The notes under the pieces: model-generated
Database searches by the model: none
What the model was told of the DNA's origin: nothing
The model's input: the letters and a program-made list of their open reading frames with translations, nothing else
NCBI RefSeq assembly: GCF_024521635.1
Contig: NW_026250409.1
Span: 1,364,001-1,428,000, forward strand
DNA: 64,000 nucleotides
DNA from: Tricharina praecox
Taxonomy: Eukaryota
Reading direction: 5' to 3'
Position numbers and translations under genes: made by a program
In this document: piece by piece, positions 37,769-49,323 of the stretch
How the letters are laid out: each line of letters starts with the position of its first letter
How positions within the stretch are numbered: the first letter of the stretch is position 1

Positions 37769-38728
37769 TCACAGTTTCCACACATCCACATCCCTCCCGC
37801 ACCTCTCCACTACGCTTCTGAGCACACCCCCAAGCACGCCCTGTTCCTCCACCCCACCCACCCACCGTCCCTTCTCCCCAGCCCAATATTTCACGAACCC
37901 CTCTGGCCCCGAAACCACCACTTTCGCAGCCCCCCACTGCTCGACCCCATCCCTCACCGTCCCCCTCCCCACACCGCCCTCCGCATCAGCAAACACCCCC
38001 ACCTGCAGCCGCCCCCCAAACGCCCTCTTCAATCTATCCACCTCCTCCGCCACGGCGCCCTCCGTCTCCGCACGGTGCCGCACCGCCCACAGGATGCGCA
38101 TACTAGAAGTCCTCGACTCGCCGAGCAGCTTATGCGCGCACTGTAGGGCGGGTGCGATACCCGTGCCGCCCGCTAAGAACAGCAACCGCGTGGTCTCATC
38201 CGGCGGGGGGAGGATGTATTCATCCTGGGGCCCCCGTAGCTCCACGGTCGACTCCCGGGGCAGCGTGAATAGATATCGAGACATTTCTCCTGCCGGCTCG
38301 CGTTTAAGGAGGATCCTGATAGTGTGCGTGACCTCCCCCTCCTCTCCCCCGTCTTCGTCCGCGATCGGCGGCAGCGGCGTGTACGACCTCGCGATCATCA
38401 CCTGCGGGTGCTTGATCTGTACGCTTTGGAGCTTGTCGCGGGCGAAGGACGGGGGAGGCGAGGACCGCGGCGCGGTGAGCGTTAGGATCGAGGTGTGTGT
38501 GGGAACGGTGCACACCGGCTTGTGCTCGGTAAGTGTGTAGGGCGTAAATGTGTCGGGATTGAGACGTGGTGCGGGCGGGCTGGTGTAGTTGTATGCGGCG
38601 ATGCCGGTGGTGGCGCCGATGATGAATGTGGCGGCGTAGAACCCGCGTGAGCGCCGAGGTGCTGGGGACTGCCCCGGCGTCGTCGAGAAGGCCCGGCATC
38701 GGATCAGCCGCGGGAGGAGTGGTGACAT
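37769..38728 (-). CDS. CYC2: Mitochondrial FAD/NAD(P)-binding oxidoreductase, Cyc2 (cytochrome c maturation factor)
   Basis: Presequence plus a TM segment, LNPDTFTPY, SVQIKHPQVMIARSYTPLPP, GEMSRYL, VELRGP, FLAGGTGIAPALQ, VSGPEGFVKYWAG and QGVLGG. Confidence 0.88.
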   Translation of the reverse strand: MSPLLPRLIRCRAFSTTPGQSPAPRRSRGFYAATFIIGATTGIAAYNYTSPPAPRLNPDTFTPYTLTEHKPVCTVPTHTSILTLTAPRSSPPPSFARDKLQSVQIKHPQVMIARSYTPLPPIADEDGGEEGEVTHTIRILLKREPAGEMSRYLFTLPRESTVELRGPQDEYILPPPDETTRLLFLAGGTGIAPALQCAHKLLGESRTSSMRILWAVRHRAETEGAVAEEVDRLKRAFGGRLQVGVFADAEGGVGRGTVRDGVEQWGAAKVVVSGPEGFVKYWAGEKGRWVGGVEEQGVLGGVLRSVVERCGRDVDVWKL

Positions 38729-38827
38729 CGTGCTGTAAATTGACCCGTGCAAGATGGTGGGGGAGGAGGGGAAAAACGGAGATTGCCGGAGCTGCGCTTT
38801 GGTGTTGCGGCTTGGAATCGAGCGAGA

Positions 38828-38853
38828 GTGACGCGCTAAAGTCAAGTCGCGTC
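38828..38853. promoter_or_regulatory. Inverted pair of MCB-like (GACGCG) elements in the ~200-bp CYC2/HUS1 divergent promoter
   Basis: GTGACGCGCTAAAGTCAAGTCGCGTC lies upstream of a DNA-damage checkpoint gene. Confidence 0.4.
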
Positions 38854-38930
38854 TCCCAGAGCACTCGATGAGCTAACTCACTCCCGACCCATCCTAACCG
38901 CACTCAATCTACTTCTCCATTCACAACAAG

Positions 38931-39992
38931 ATGCGATTCAAGACCTCTGTGCGAAATATAAACACCTTTACCAGTACGCATTCAACTACATGACTCTCGG
39001 GGCCTTGTTGCGCACTAGTTAACCGCGAGCAGAGCTCACACAGTCGCTGAGCTCAATCGGCAAGGTGGCATGGCTTCGACTGTCCGAAGATGACATCCGC
39101 TTCGTGATACACGCTGCGGAGGGGACCCAAGTGTGGGCGTACGTTGCCTCTCCATTCTGTCTATCTGTAGCTATGCCGGAACTAACACCCTCCAAGCAAC
39201 CTAACGATCGTCTGCCGCCCCCGCCATCCCGTTCCACCGCTTCCCGAGCTAACACCTCCCCACTAGCCCACCCTCTTCGATGACTATCGCATCTCCTCCG
39301 CCAACAACAACATCATCAACCTCGAAGTCCCACTCTCGCAGCTGCACCGGGCGCTGCGCTCGTGCGCCTCGGCCTCCGACGCCGTCCTGCGCCTGACCAA
39401 GCGTGCATCCGACGGCGTCCCCATCCTCTGCCTGACGATCACGACAGCGTCGACGACCAACTTCCTCGTCGGCAACACCCTCGTTACACAGGAGATCCCA
39501 GTGCGCGTTCTCTCAGCCACCTCCGTCGAGAACATTGTCGAGCCGCGGGCGCCCGAGGCGGATGTGCACATCTACCTGCCGGCGCTGCCGTCGATCCGCG
39601 GGATCGCCGACCGCTTCAACAAGCTATCGTCGTTCTCGTCGGAGCCGCACCGGCTCGTGCTCGCGGCAAACATGAATGCTGAGTTTAAGATGGCGCTGCG
39701 AGGCGCCGACGTGAGTGTCGAGAGCAAGTGGCGCGACCTGCAGAATCCTGTGCTGGCTGATGTCGAGGGCAGGGAAAGCCATCCAAGCACGGTGCGTGAT
39801 CGTATGGCGTTTGCGGAGGTGCGTGTCGATGGGAGGGAGTGGGCGAAGGTGCTGAAGGTGGGCGGGCTGGCGAAGAGGGTCGTTGCCTGTATTTGTGACG
39901 GTGTCGCTATCATCCTCTACGTGTTTCTTACCGAGGAGGCGGATTCGGATCCGACGGTGGTTACGTACTACATGAATAGCATTGCAGAGTAG
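38931..39992 (+). CDS. HUS1: Checkpoint clamp (9-1-1) subunit Hus1/Mec3
   Basis: MRFKTSVRNINTFT..LRL..GTQVWA..LFDDYRISSANNNIINLEVP..LHRALRS..LRLTKR..QEIPVRVL..EPR...DVHIYLP. Three introns, including a 13-nt microexon at 39197-39209. Confidence 0.92.
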
Positions 39993-40081
39993 GTGGAGTA
40001 TACCATCATGATTCATATTCAACTCAACTCCTTCGGAAACAAAAGCTTTTCCGTTCCCAAGAAACATAAAGGAAATGGTAT

Positions 40082-42280
40082 CTACTGCTTCTCGAGCTCG
40101 GCCTTAACCCAGCCCTCCAGCCCACCCTGCACGAAAACGCTCTGCACGTTCGGCGGCAACTCGCCCACCTGCATCCCCCACGTCTTCCCGCCCTTCTCCG
40201 TAACCTCCACCCAACTCCTCTCAACATCCCAGCGCACCTTCCACCCGGTCCTCCTCGTGAGCGCCTTCTTCTCACCCTTAAACTCCTCCCTTAGCCTAGC
40301 CACCAGCTCGGGCACCTCCACAGTCATGAGCGCATTATTGATCGAGTTCCGGCTAAAGATATTCCCGAAGCTGCCAGCAAGGACGAGTCTAATCCCCTTT
40401 GCGAGCAGCGCGGTGGCAGCCTGCTCGCGCGAGCTTCCGGTACCAAAGTTGTAGCCGCTGATGACGATATCGCCCGCGTTGACGATACCGGCGAACCCCG
40501 CGTCGTAGTTCTCCATCACCACCTGCGCCATCGTCGATGCGGGAACGTTGTCCTGGTACGTGTACTTGCCCGGGTAGATCCCGTCGGTGTTGATGTTGTC
40601 GGCGTCGCAGAAGACGAGCTCGCCCTCGATCGACGACGGGAAGCCGGGGAGGATCGAGGTTTTGGTTTCTACTGCTTCCGCGCCGGGGGTGGCGGAGGCG
40701 GAGGCGACGGCGGAAGCGGTCGAGAAGGTCACCGTCGGGGTGGTGGGCGTGTAGTTCCCCGGGCCGGCGATAACACCCTTGAGCGCAGAGGCAGCCACGA
40801 CCTCGGGGGAAGCCAGGTACGCCAGTGCCTGGGGCGATCCCATGCGGCCCTTGAAGTTGCGGTTGGTGGCGGAAATGCCGACCTCGCCGTCCTTCAGCAG
40901 GCCCGTGCCGAGTCCGATACACGGGCCGCATCCTGCGGGGAGAGGCTTCGCGCCGGCGTTCACAAGGACCTGCCAGTCGCCGGCTTTCTCGGCCGCGGCT
41001 TGCTCGAGTGTCGATGCGGCGGCAATGTAGAACTCGACGCCGTCAGCGACTTTGGCAGAGGGGCCCTGCGCCCGGAATACGGACGCGGCGGCGCCGATGT
41101 CGGATGCGCGAGAGTTGGTGCACGAGACCAGGTACGCCTTGTGGATGGCGATGTTGTCTTCTTCGAGCTTGAGCAGCGGCGTGGCGATCTTGACGGAGTT
41201 GGGGCCGGCGACGAAGGGGGATAACGTTGAGAGGTCGAGGGTGAGCGTCTTCGCGTAGGTTGCCTCTGGGTGGGCATGGAGTGTGTTGTGGGTGAACAGT
41301 TCGTCGATGCGGGTTTCGGTCAGGCGTTGGTGGGCAGATCCGAGACGGGAGCTGTGTTCAGACGCCTTCTGGAGCATCCACGATTTCAGGACGTTGTCCA
41401 TCGGGAAGAGCCCGCTGAGCGCGCCCCACTCGGTCGTCATGTTGGCGATCGCGAGACGGTCGTCGATCTTGAGGGAGGCCATGGTCTCTTCGGGCCCAAC
41501 GAACTCGATCGCGTGGTTGAGCACATCGTCGTTGTTGAACAGCCCGCACAGCGAGACGATGACGTCCTTCCCGGACACGCCCTTGGGCAGTACACCTCTC
41601 AGCTCGACCTTGGCCACCGGAGGAATCTGCCACCACGTGCGTCCGGTCGCCCAAATCGCCGCTGCATCCGTGCGCACCACGGGAGTTCCCAGACACGAGA
41701 TGCCACCATACATGTTCGAGTGACTGTCACTGGCGACGGTCAGAGTTCCGGGCCAAGCATAACCCTCCTCGACCATGATCTGATGTCCGATCCCGCGTCC
41801 CGCAGGATAGAACACGATTCCCTGCTGCTTCGCAAACTCCTCAATGTTCTTGTACTTCCTCAGGTTCGCCTCGGACTTGTTCTGCACGTCGTGGTCGAGC
41901 GTGAGCACGATCTGCTCGGTATCGTTGACCTTGGTCGCGCCGATCGAGAAGAACTTGGTGGCCACTGGCCACGAGTTGTCGTGCGTCATGCATTTGTGCG
42001 GCTGGATCGAGACGTAGTCTCCCGAGCGCACGAGTTTGCCCGAGGGAAGGTCCTTCGAAAAGCGCTGGACGATCTTCTCGGTCAGGTTTTGGCGCGGGCC
42101 GAGGGTGGAGGAGACGGTTGCCAGGCTGCGGAAGGGCGAGGGCTGGAGGTAGTTTGTAACCCGCGGCAGGCGCGAGAACCGGGTGAGTCGTATCTGTTTT
42201 TTGTTTCGACCTCCGGGTCAGTGTACTGTCTCCATTCTCGGCTGTCTGCATTGAGTGGAGGGGTAGCATACAAATGCCAT
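40082..42280 (-). CDS. LYS4: Homoaconitase, mitochondrial (lysine alpha-aminoadipate pathway)
   Basis: A 9-nt first exon (ATGGCATTT, 42280-42272), an intron, then the presequence and QNLTEKIVQ. Motifs [37 protein letters not shown] and [11 protein letters not shown]. Confidence 0.96.
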
Positions 42281-42555
42281 TGTGACCGCAGTGGTTTCGA
42301 GATTCGACACAGGGCAGGCAGACACGCGACGTGGAGATGCTTCCTACTTTCTATAGCCCTGCGGCTGAGAATTGCGGAGAAATCTTCTTTATGCCGACAG
42401 CCATTGGCCGAGCGGCAGACTTCAGATCGGGTCTCGGTTTTTTTTTGGTCTATGTATGTGATAAGATGATCTGATAATGCCAAGTCTTTGCTGCATGGCG
42501 GGGTTACGAGATAATGGCGAAATCGCGAATTCCATGGTGGGGGGGCGGGCACCAC

Positions 42556-42562
42556 TGACTCA
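42556..42562. promoter_or_regulatory. Gcn4/CpcA (cross-pathway control) site TGACTCA in the LYS4/SER1 divergent promoter
   Basis: Perfect consensus site between two amino-acid biosynthesis genes. Confidence 0.6.
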
Positions 42563-42708
42563 CTCGGCGACTTCAAACTCTTCAACGTCCGTCAGTTTAC
42601 TTGATTTGCACCGAACTCTAAATACAAATACCCTGCAGTGACCGAGTAATTGCCTACCCTTCCCATTACCACCTCGCCTACTAATCCACCCTTCCCACCA
42701 GAATCAAA

Positions 42709-43926
42709 ATGCCCACCCGCGCAGAAACCTGTTACTTCGGCGCCGGCCCGGCCGCCCTGCCAACTTCGGTCCTCGAAACCGCCTCGGCCTCGATCCTCAA
42801 CTTCGAGAACTCGGGCGTGGGCGTGATCGAGCAATCGCACCGCTCGGCCTCCTCGACCAACATCATCTCGACGGCGTGCGCGCACCTGGCCTCGCTGCTC
42901 AACGTCCCTCGAACCTACACGGTGCTGTGGATGCAGGGCGGCGGCACGACGCAGTTCTCGGCCGTGGTGTACAACCTCGTCGGCTACTGGGTGCAGTCGC
43001 AGCTGGAGGCGAACGGCGGCGATCTCGACGCGGTGCGCGCACAGCTCGCCGGCGCAAAGGCCGAGTACCTCGTCACTGGCAGCTGGTCGAAGAAGGCGGC
43101 CGAGGAGGCCGCGAGGCTGCTCGGTGACGAGCATGTCGCCATCGCGACCGACTCCAGGAAGGCCAGAGAGAACAAAAAGTTCGGACACATCGCCCCCGAG
43201 GGCAGCTGGACGCTGCAGGAGATGGAGAAGAGCATCTTCTCGTACTACTGCGACAACGAGACGGTCGACGGCGTGGAGTTCCCCGCGTTTCCCAAGGCGC
43301 TCGAGGGCCGCCTGGTGGCGTGCGATATGAGCTCCAACATCCTCTCGCGCCGTGTGGACGTCGAGAAGTACGGCATCATCTTTGCCGGCGCCCAGAAGAA
43401 TGTTGGTGGTGCGGGAGTGACGCTGGTTGTGGTGCGCAACGATATCCTGCAGAAGCAGCCGAGCGTCGATACCCTGCGGAAGCTGGGTATGCAGATCCCC
43501 CCCGTGATGATGCACTACCCCACGCTCACCACCGCCGGCTCGCTCTACAACACGCTGCCGATCTTTGAGGTGTACATCTGCCGCGAAGTGATGGCGGGCA
43601 TCCTGGAGCGCGGCGGACTCGAGGCGCAGGAGAATGCGAGCGCGGAGAAAGCGAACATGCTCTACGACGCCCTCGATCAGGGAGGCATCTACCGTGTTGT
43701 TCCCGAGAAGACGGTGCGCAGCAGGATGAACATCTGCTTCCGTATCGACGGCGGGGAGGAGGTCGAGAAGGCTTTCTTGAAGGGTGCCGAGGCGAAGGGC
43801 CTCACCGGGCTGAAGGGTCATCGCAGTGTGGGTGGTCTCAGAATCTCGAACTACAACTCGATACCGAAGGAGGCGGCGGAGAAGTTGGTGGGGTACATCA
43901 ACGAGTTTGCGCAGGGACGGCAGTAG
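42709..43926 (+). CDS. SER1: Phosphoserine aminotransferase
   Basis: YFGAGPAALP, SHRS, QGGGTTQF, NETVDGVE, DMSSNILSR, FAGAQKN (PLP Lys), SLYNT and GHRSVGGLR. Intronless. Confidence 0.97.
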   Translation: MPTRAETCYFGAGPAALPTSVLETASASILNFENSGVGVIEQSHRSASSTNIISTACAHLASLLNVPRTYTVLWMQGGGTTQFSAVVYNLVGYWVQSQLEANGGDLDAVRAQLAGAKAEYLVTGSWSKKAAEEAARLLGDEHVAIATDSRKARENKKFGHIAPEGSWTLQEMEKSIFSYYCDNETVDGVEFPAFPKALEGRLVACDMSSNILSRRVDVEKYGIIFAGAQKNVGGAGVTLVVVRNDILQKQPSVDTLRKLGMQIPPVMMHYPTLTTAGSLYNTLPIFEVYICREVMAGILERGGLEAQENASAEKANMLYDALDQGGIYRVVPEKTVRSRMNICFRIDGGEEVEKAFLKGAEAKGLTGLKGHRSVGGLRISNYNSIPKEAAEKLVGYINEFAQGRQ

Positions 43927-44095
43927 GGAATCATGTACACGGAAAACTGGTATAGCAAGGGACGAGGGCGTTTGGGATTCGTTCAACACATATGATGGAA
44001 TAGGATATCTAGTCTTTCTGTACTTTAACCAGTAAAAGCGCGTCCGCGGGGGGGAATAAGAAGACGCATGGGAAGGAATACTATGCGCGAAATTC

Positions 44096-44918
44096 TCACC
44101 GCCTCTTCTTCCCCCCAAACGTCTCCGCCTTCCACCCCTCCACCACCAAATCCACCTCGAGGCAGCGATCCCTCAGCCAAACGCACTTCCCTAGGTCCAT
44201 GCCGCACCTCCACAACTTGCCTTCGGCCACCCCCCTCGCCGCCGCGGTGACCACATACCACCCGACCGCGCAGACTAACCCCGCCCCGTAGCCCACCAGC
44301 ACCTGCTTCGGCGTATGATAGTTGAGATAGATCCTGCTCAGTGCAACGGCGAGACTCCCGCCGACCGCCGCAGCAGAGTACACGTGCCGCCGCCATGCCT
44401 GCAGCCCGCGCCCGCCGAGCCCCCGCCGCTGCAGCAGCAGGAGCATGTACAGCGCGAAGAACGCCGAGAACTGTGCGTGCGAGCTCGGCATGCCGTAGCC
44501 CTTGCCGTGCATCACTATCGCCCCCGCACCGTCATCAGCCCCCGCCGGAAGCACCTAGCTGAGAGCGAGGAGGGGGGACACACTCTTTGGTCGCTCCTCG
44601 CGGATCACCCGCTTGAGAATGAAGTTCACCGCCTCGCAGCCGAGCTGCCCCGCCAGCATGAGCGCGCACTCAACCTCGCGCGTGCAGAACAGCGTGGTCG
44701 CGTAGACTATCAGCAGCGCCTGTGGGAGGAGCGCGAGCCATGCTGAGAGGAGCGAGAGGGGGTCGTCGGGGTTCTGTGTATGCGCGCACGTGTGTGTCAG
44801 TAGGTAGGGGTGCGGGGGTGGGACGGGAACGGGTGGGGGGACGGCGGATGGACGGACGTACGTAGGAGACGTGCGTGAGGCTTAGAGAGGCGAGAGGTGG
44901 TTCCGCAGGGGAGGTCAT
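44096..44918 (-). CDS. CAX4: Dolichyl-diphosphatase (PAP2 family, Cax4/Cwh8)
   Basis: LASLSLTHVSY|NPDD..., KRVIREERP, GYGMPSSHAQF and SRIYLNYHTPKQV. C-terminal KKRR is an ER-retrieval motif. Two introns. Confidence 0.93.
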
Positions 44919-46801
44919 TGTGTGTTGCGGTATCTAGATTCTATGTATCTATGTGTCGTGTGCGCGATTAGATCTGAGGGAAACGTTGGCAAGCTTATTC
45001 GACTCTGGCTCGCTCAGAGCTCGGAGCTCGGGTAAGTGCTTGGCGCACAGGGTAGCACTCGGTATGTGCCTATGTCAAACGGAATCGCTTCTGTTTTCTT
45101 TCATTTCCATCCTGGAGACAGACGGATAATCTCTGCATCCAAAGTACATGCGAGTACTTTGGTTACTTAGGCGAAGAATGATCCGGCGCTACTGCACTGG
45201 CTTTGTCGTTGCATGTTACAAGTAACCTGGGAAGTGGGCTGGGGGCTCGGAACAATCGCTCGGGTGGGATTCGCCCGAGGTGCCGGACGGTGAGGGTCAC
45301 GATGGAATGCGCGTATACCGGAACGAAGAATGGATCGATCGTGAACGTTATTCGTCGCGAGCTCGCTGTTACGGGTTGATCTGCGTGCAATTGTGGAGGC
45401 TGGATGCTGCGGGGTGGCGAGTGCTCGGGCGTGATTGTCCGCGGATTGGCGCGGCGAACCCAGCCTATGCAATGCACTTTACAGGAGTTCGTCCTCCATT
45501 CTTCAAACTCTCTCTCTATTGCGGCTAGTGTCGGATCGGGCACAGACGTCACTGTCAGCCCGTCAGGGCAGAACGCGGGGTGCCGGCCGTGTGGATAAAG
45601 CTGGCAACATCTCGATGCAAACGCCGCAGATAACCGCGGCGGGTATACTAGAGTTTCTATTTCGTACCTGCAGGCTGCATCAAAACGACACATAAACACC
45701 CCACACGTGCAAATTCCACGCGACCTCCGCCGCCACCAAGCATCCAAGCATCCAAGCACCCAAGCCTCGAGAGAACTCGATTTAGTCTGGTCATTCGGAC
45801 TCCTTTACGACACGAGCCGTTGGCTGACGTATAGAGTAGTTAGGGGAATCGGAGATTTCGCGCTGGCAAACTCCGACGCCGACTCCGACTCGGCGCTGCC
45901 GGGGTGGCCGCTGCCGGAGATATGTCCGTGCGGTGAAACTCCGGGTGGGAGTGCGGGGTGGGATTTGACGTGCAGTAGAGTAGAGAATAAGAGTATGACA
46001 TGTACGTGTTGACTGCGAATCGGCTCGCGAGTTCGAGCTTTCACATGTCACATGTGTCTGTCGGTGTCGGTGTCCCGCATCGTCAGCTGCAGACACGGGA
46101 TACGGTGTGCACATACCTACATGCCTGAGTAGAGGGCCATCGCTTGCCCTCACGGCCAGGGCGCCGAGTCCTGACACGCGGCCGTGGATCAATCTTGCTC
46201 CATGTGAAGCTCGGCAGCGCCGGTGCAGCTGCAATCTGCTTCTGCGCGCACTCTACTATATCCCAGATTCTAGAAAACTCGGCGCACTTCATGCAATTCC
46301 GCTCGGCGTCACAATATTATATCGACACTCTATGTAGTAGCGAATAGCAGCTTTAGCGAGCACTTTACGTTTGCGTACCGGTATGTATGGGTGTGGTGGC
46401 GGCCGCCGGCGAGGGAGGTAGGTATCGTATCAACGGTCGTCGGTCGTCGGTCGTCGGTCCGCTTCCGGGGGATTTTTTTTATACACACATGGGTACACGC
46501 ACACGTGAATCGTGCCGAGGTAACTTCTTACCATGTATGTAGATCATACATACGAAGCACGTTCTCTCACCTGCTACCTGCCACCTGCCACCTGTCGCTA
46601 ACACTTCAGACCATGGATGGATATCTCCGTGTTTGCTCGACGTGCGAGTGCGGAATGTGCCATTCCCCATAGTTAGTATCATACCGGTATAGTAGCGTTC
46701 CACGTTCAACCCATGACGCTGGCACCTGACACCTGACACCGACAACCGTGTCAAACGAGACACGGAAAACTAAAAAGGGCTGCTGGAATATGGATCAACA
46801 T

Positions 46802-46864
46802 CGAACCAACGAACCAACGAACCAACGAACCAACGAACCAACGAACCAACGAACCAATGAACCA
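46802..46864. repeat. Tandem repeat (CGAACCAA)n, about 7-8 copies
   Basis: Directly visible 8-bp periodicity. Confidence 0.95.
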
Positions 46865-47965
46865 GAAAATCCCACAGACCAGGTTGCGCGATGCTCGATG
46901 CCAATCATGTCCGAACCGAACGAACCGACCGACTGACTGACGGCGGTCACGGATCATTAATTGACCGTTGCCGGAATGGTCAGGATCAGGGCAGGTCGAC
47001 CGTCGGATTAAGCAGGTTGGTATTCTAGAAGCCTGAACTTGAAGCCTGAAGGGTGTCGTTTCCTATTTACTTACGCCCACAACTATAGTCTATAGAGTGG
47101 TATGAAGGAGATGGGGACGGGGACGCGGTTGGGGATGGCGGTATGTACCGGTATTTCCGTCACCATATATGTCGTGTATGTCGTGTATGTACGGCACTTT
47201 AACACGCGCACTCACCGCTCGGACATGTACTGTACGGTATGTACCGTAGACGAGTAGATGAGTAGGTAGAAATGTTTCGTACTGAGTGTGGTAATTGCTC
47301 GCAGATATGTATGATAGGTAAACATAGTCTCCACAGGGATCAAAACCGCCAGACGAACCGCCGCAGACACCCACAGGCTGGCTGCGATAGCGATGCGATG
47401 CGATAGCGATGCGGTACATATTGTACCTACCTACTCTACCTATGACGTCCCGTTCGAGGTGAAGAGTTAAGTTCACGATCTGACCTCACCCGAGATATCC
47501 TCGCGCACGCCGGCCCCGACTGTTCGTTTCACCTACTCTGCTCTGGCTATCGACCATGAGCGAGCGAGCGCTATTCGGCTGTATGTATGATACCTTTTAT
47601 GTATGTGTGATGGTATATATGTCGGCAGACGAGATGCGATGGATCGCGGTGTAGTTATGCAGATACTGGCAGTTTCCTCCGGCCGGACTTGACTAGGAAA
47701 CGAATGGCCGATGAACGATGAACGATGGGTGATGATCCGTAACTACCCTCCGTTCTCTACTCCAGGTACTCCAGGCATGTACCGTATGTGGAGTGCTCTA
47801 CGGTTACGGCTCCCTCCCTCCCTCCCTCACCGTTCACGGCTGGAAGGAAGGAAGGAAGGAAGCGCAGGTTAGGGTTCCCCAGTTCCCGTCCAGCCTAATG
47901 ATTGGCCCGGTCTCACGGCAGCGAGGGACACGCGAGCACCTTCCGCCTTTTCGTTTTCTTTTTCT

Positions 47966-47969
<4 letters not shown>

Positions 47970-48000
<31 letters not shown>
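47970..48000. repeat. (AC)n microsatellite
   Basis: Directly visible. Confidence 0.97.
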
Positions 48001-48001
<1 letters not shown>

Positions 48002-49273
48002 CCTCTATCCCATCCCATCCCATCCCATCGCAAGGAAACAACGGGCGTGGCAAAGCAAAGCAAGCAAAGCAAGCAAAGGAAAGAACCGCCGCCCGCCGCT
48101 GAGATCATGGATACGGTATCATGTATGATCTGTATGTATAAATCGGCTGATTTATTTGGAGGGGCAAGGGAAACTCGCAAGTCCGCATGCTGTGTGTGTA
48201 TGTCCGTATGGAGACGCCCAGGTGCTTGGAAGCTACATACATGCCCAGATCGGGCCATCGGTTCTGCGCGCGCGCGGAGCTGCGGGGGAGCGGGGCAGCG
48301 GAGTAGCGGGGCAGCGGGCCTTTGCTTCTGTGGGGGAAGGGAAGGGAAGGGAACGGATGGGATGGGATGGGACGGCGCGGAGGGAGGGAGGGAGCGAGTC
48401 TGGATAGTGGACAGGAGTTGACTTCGGATTTGCGACCCCACCATGTCTCCACCTTGCCCCATGTGCATCGTGTGCATCGTCATCTCCACCGGCGCCACCA
48501 TGAAGCATCGTCGGCTTTCCCGTGGTCCGTGGACGGTGGGTGGACGGTGGACACTGGACGGTGGACACTGGACGGTGGGTGGTGCTATACTGAAGAACTT
48601 ATATACGGTGCGGGTGCGACATCTTCACGTCATGACATGAGCGAGAATCGAAATGAGAGGTGAGAGGTGACACTCGGAGGAAATGCAATGCTCATCTCAA
48701 GGTGAGTGCGGTATGTACGAGTGACCCGGTTTTCTGTTTCTGGTTTTCTGTCTCCGTCGCCGTCTCCATCTCCATCTCCGTTCGCCCCGTCTCCGTCTCC
48801 CCCGTCTCCATCGCCGTCTCCCCTTGTTACCCAGCAACCAGAAGTTTCACGATCCCATCACTCATCCGAAATAGAGAAACGACTTGCGCGCATAACTTTT
48901 GTTTCACGATAATACTCTACCCACAAGAGTCGCGATAGGAACCGGTCGGTGAGATGCATACATAGCCACCCATCAGATTGCACATAGGTACCAGTATCTG
49001 CCTGAATACGATCACCATATCCATCTCCCCCTCCCCCTCTCCCGCCCCCTCACTCATCCACATCCATCCGCATCGTGAGCGACAGCTCCCCTTCGTCGAC
49101 ATCCCTACATCATCCGAGATTTTCCTGGCAAGTTGCAAGCTCCCGAGAAGCTGGGATGGCTGGAAGGGGGATGGGCCATGCGTCCGTCGCGCGCCTGCAC
49201 ACCCACCCAAACATGCCCAGGCGCCCCAGCATCCTGCAAGCGAGGGAAATGCCTCAGGCCCTCAGGAGTCAAA

Positions 49274-49323
49274 GTTTGGTTTGGTTTGGTTTGGTTTGGT
49301 TTGGTTTGGTTTGGTTTTGGTTT
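49274..49323. repeat. (GTTTG)n microsatellite
   Basis: Directly visible. Confidence 0.95.

Noticed and set aside
41270..42469. 399-aa plus-strand ORF
   Set aside because: Antisense shadow of LYS4.
42592..44118. 508-aa minus-strand ORF
   Set aside because: Antisense shadow of the GC3-rich SER1 gene, with no domain motifs.
49274..49323. Interstitial telomere repeat
   Set aside because: The unit is GTTTG, not TTAGGG; an ordinary microsatellite.
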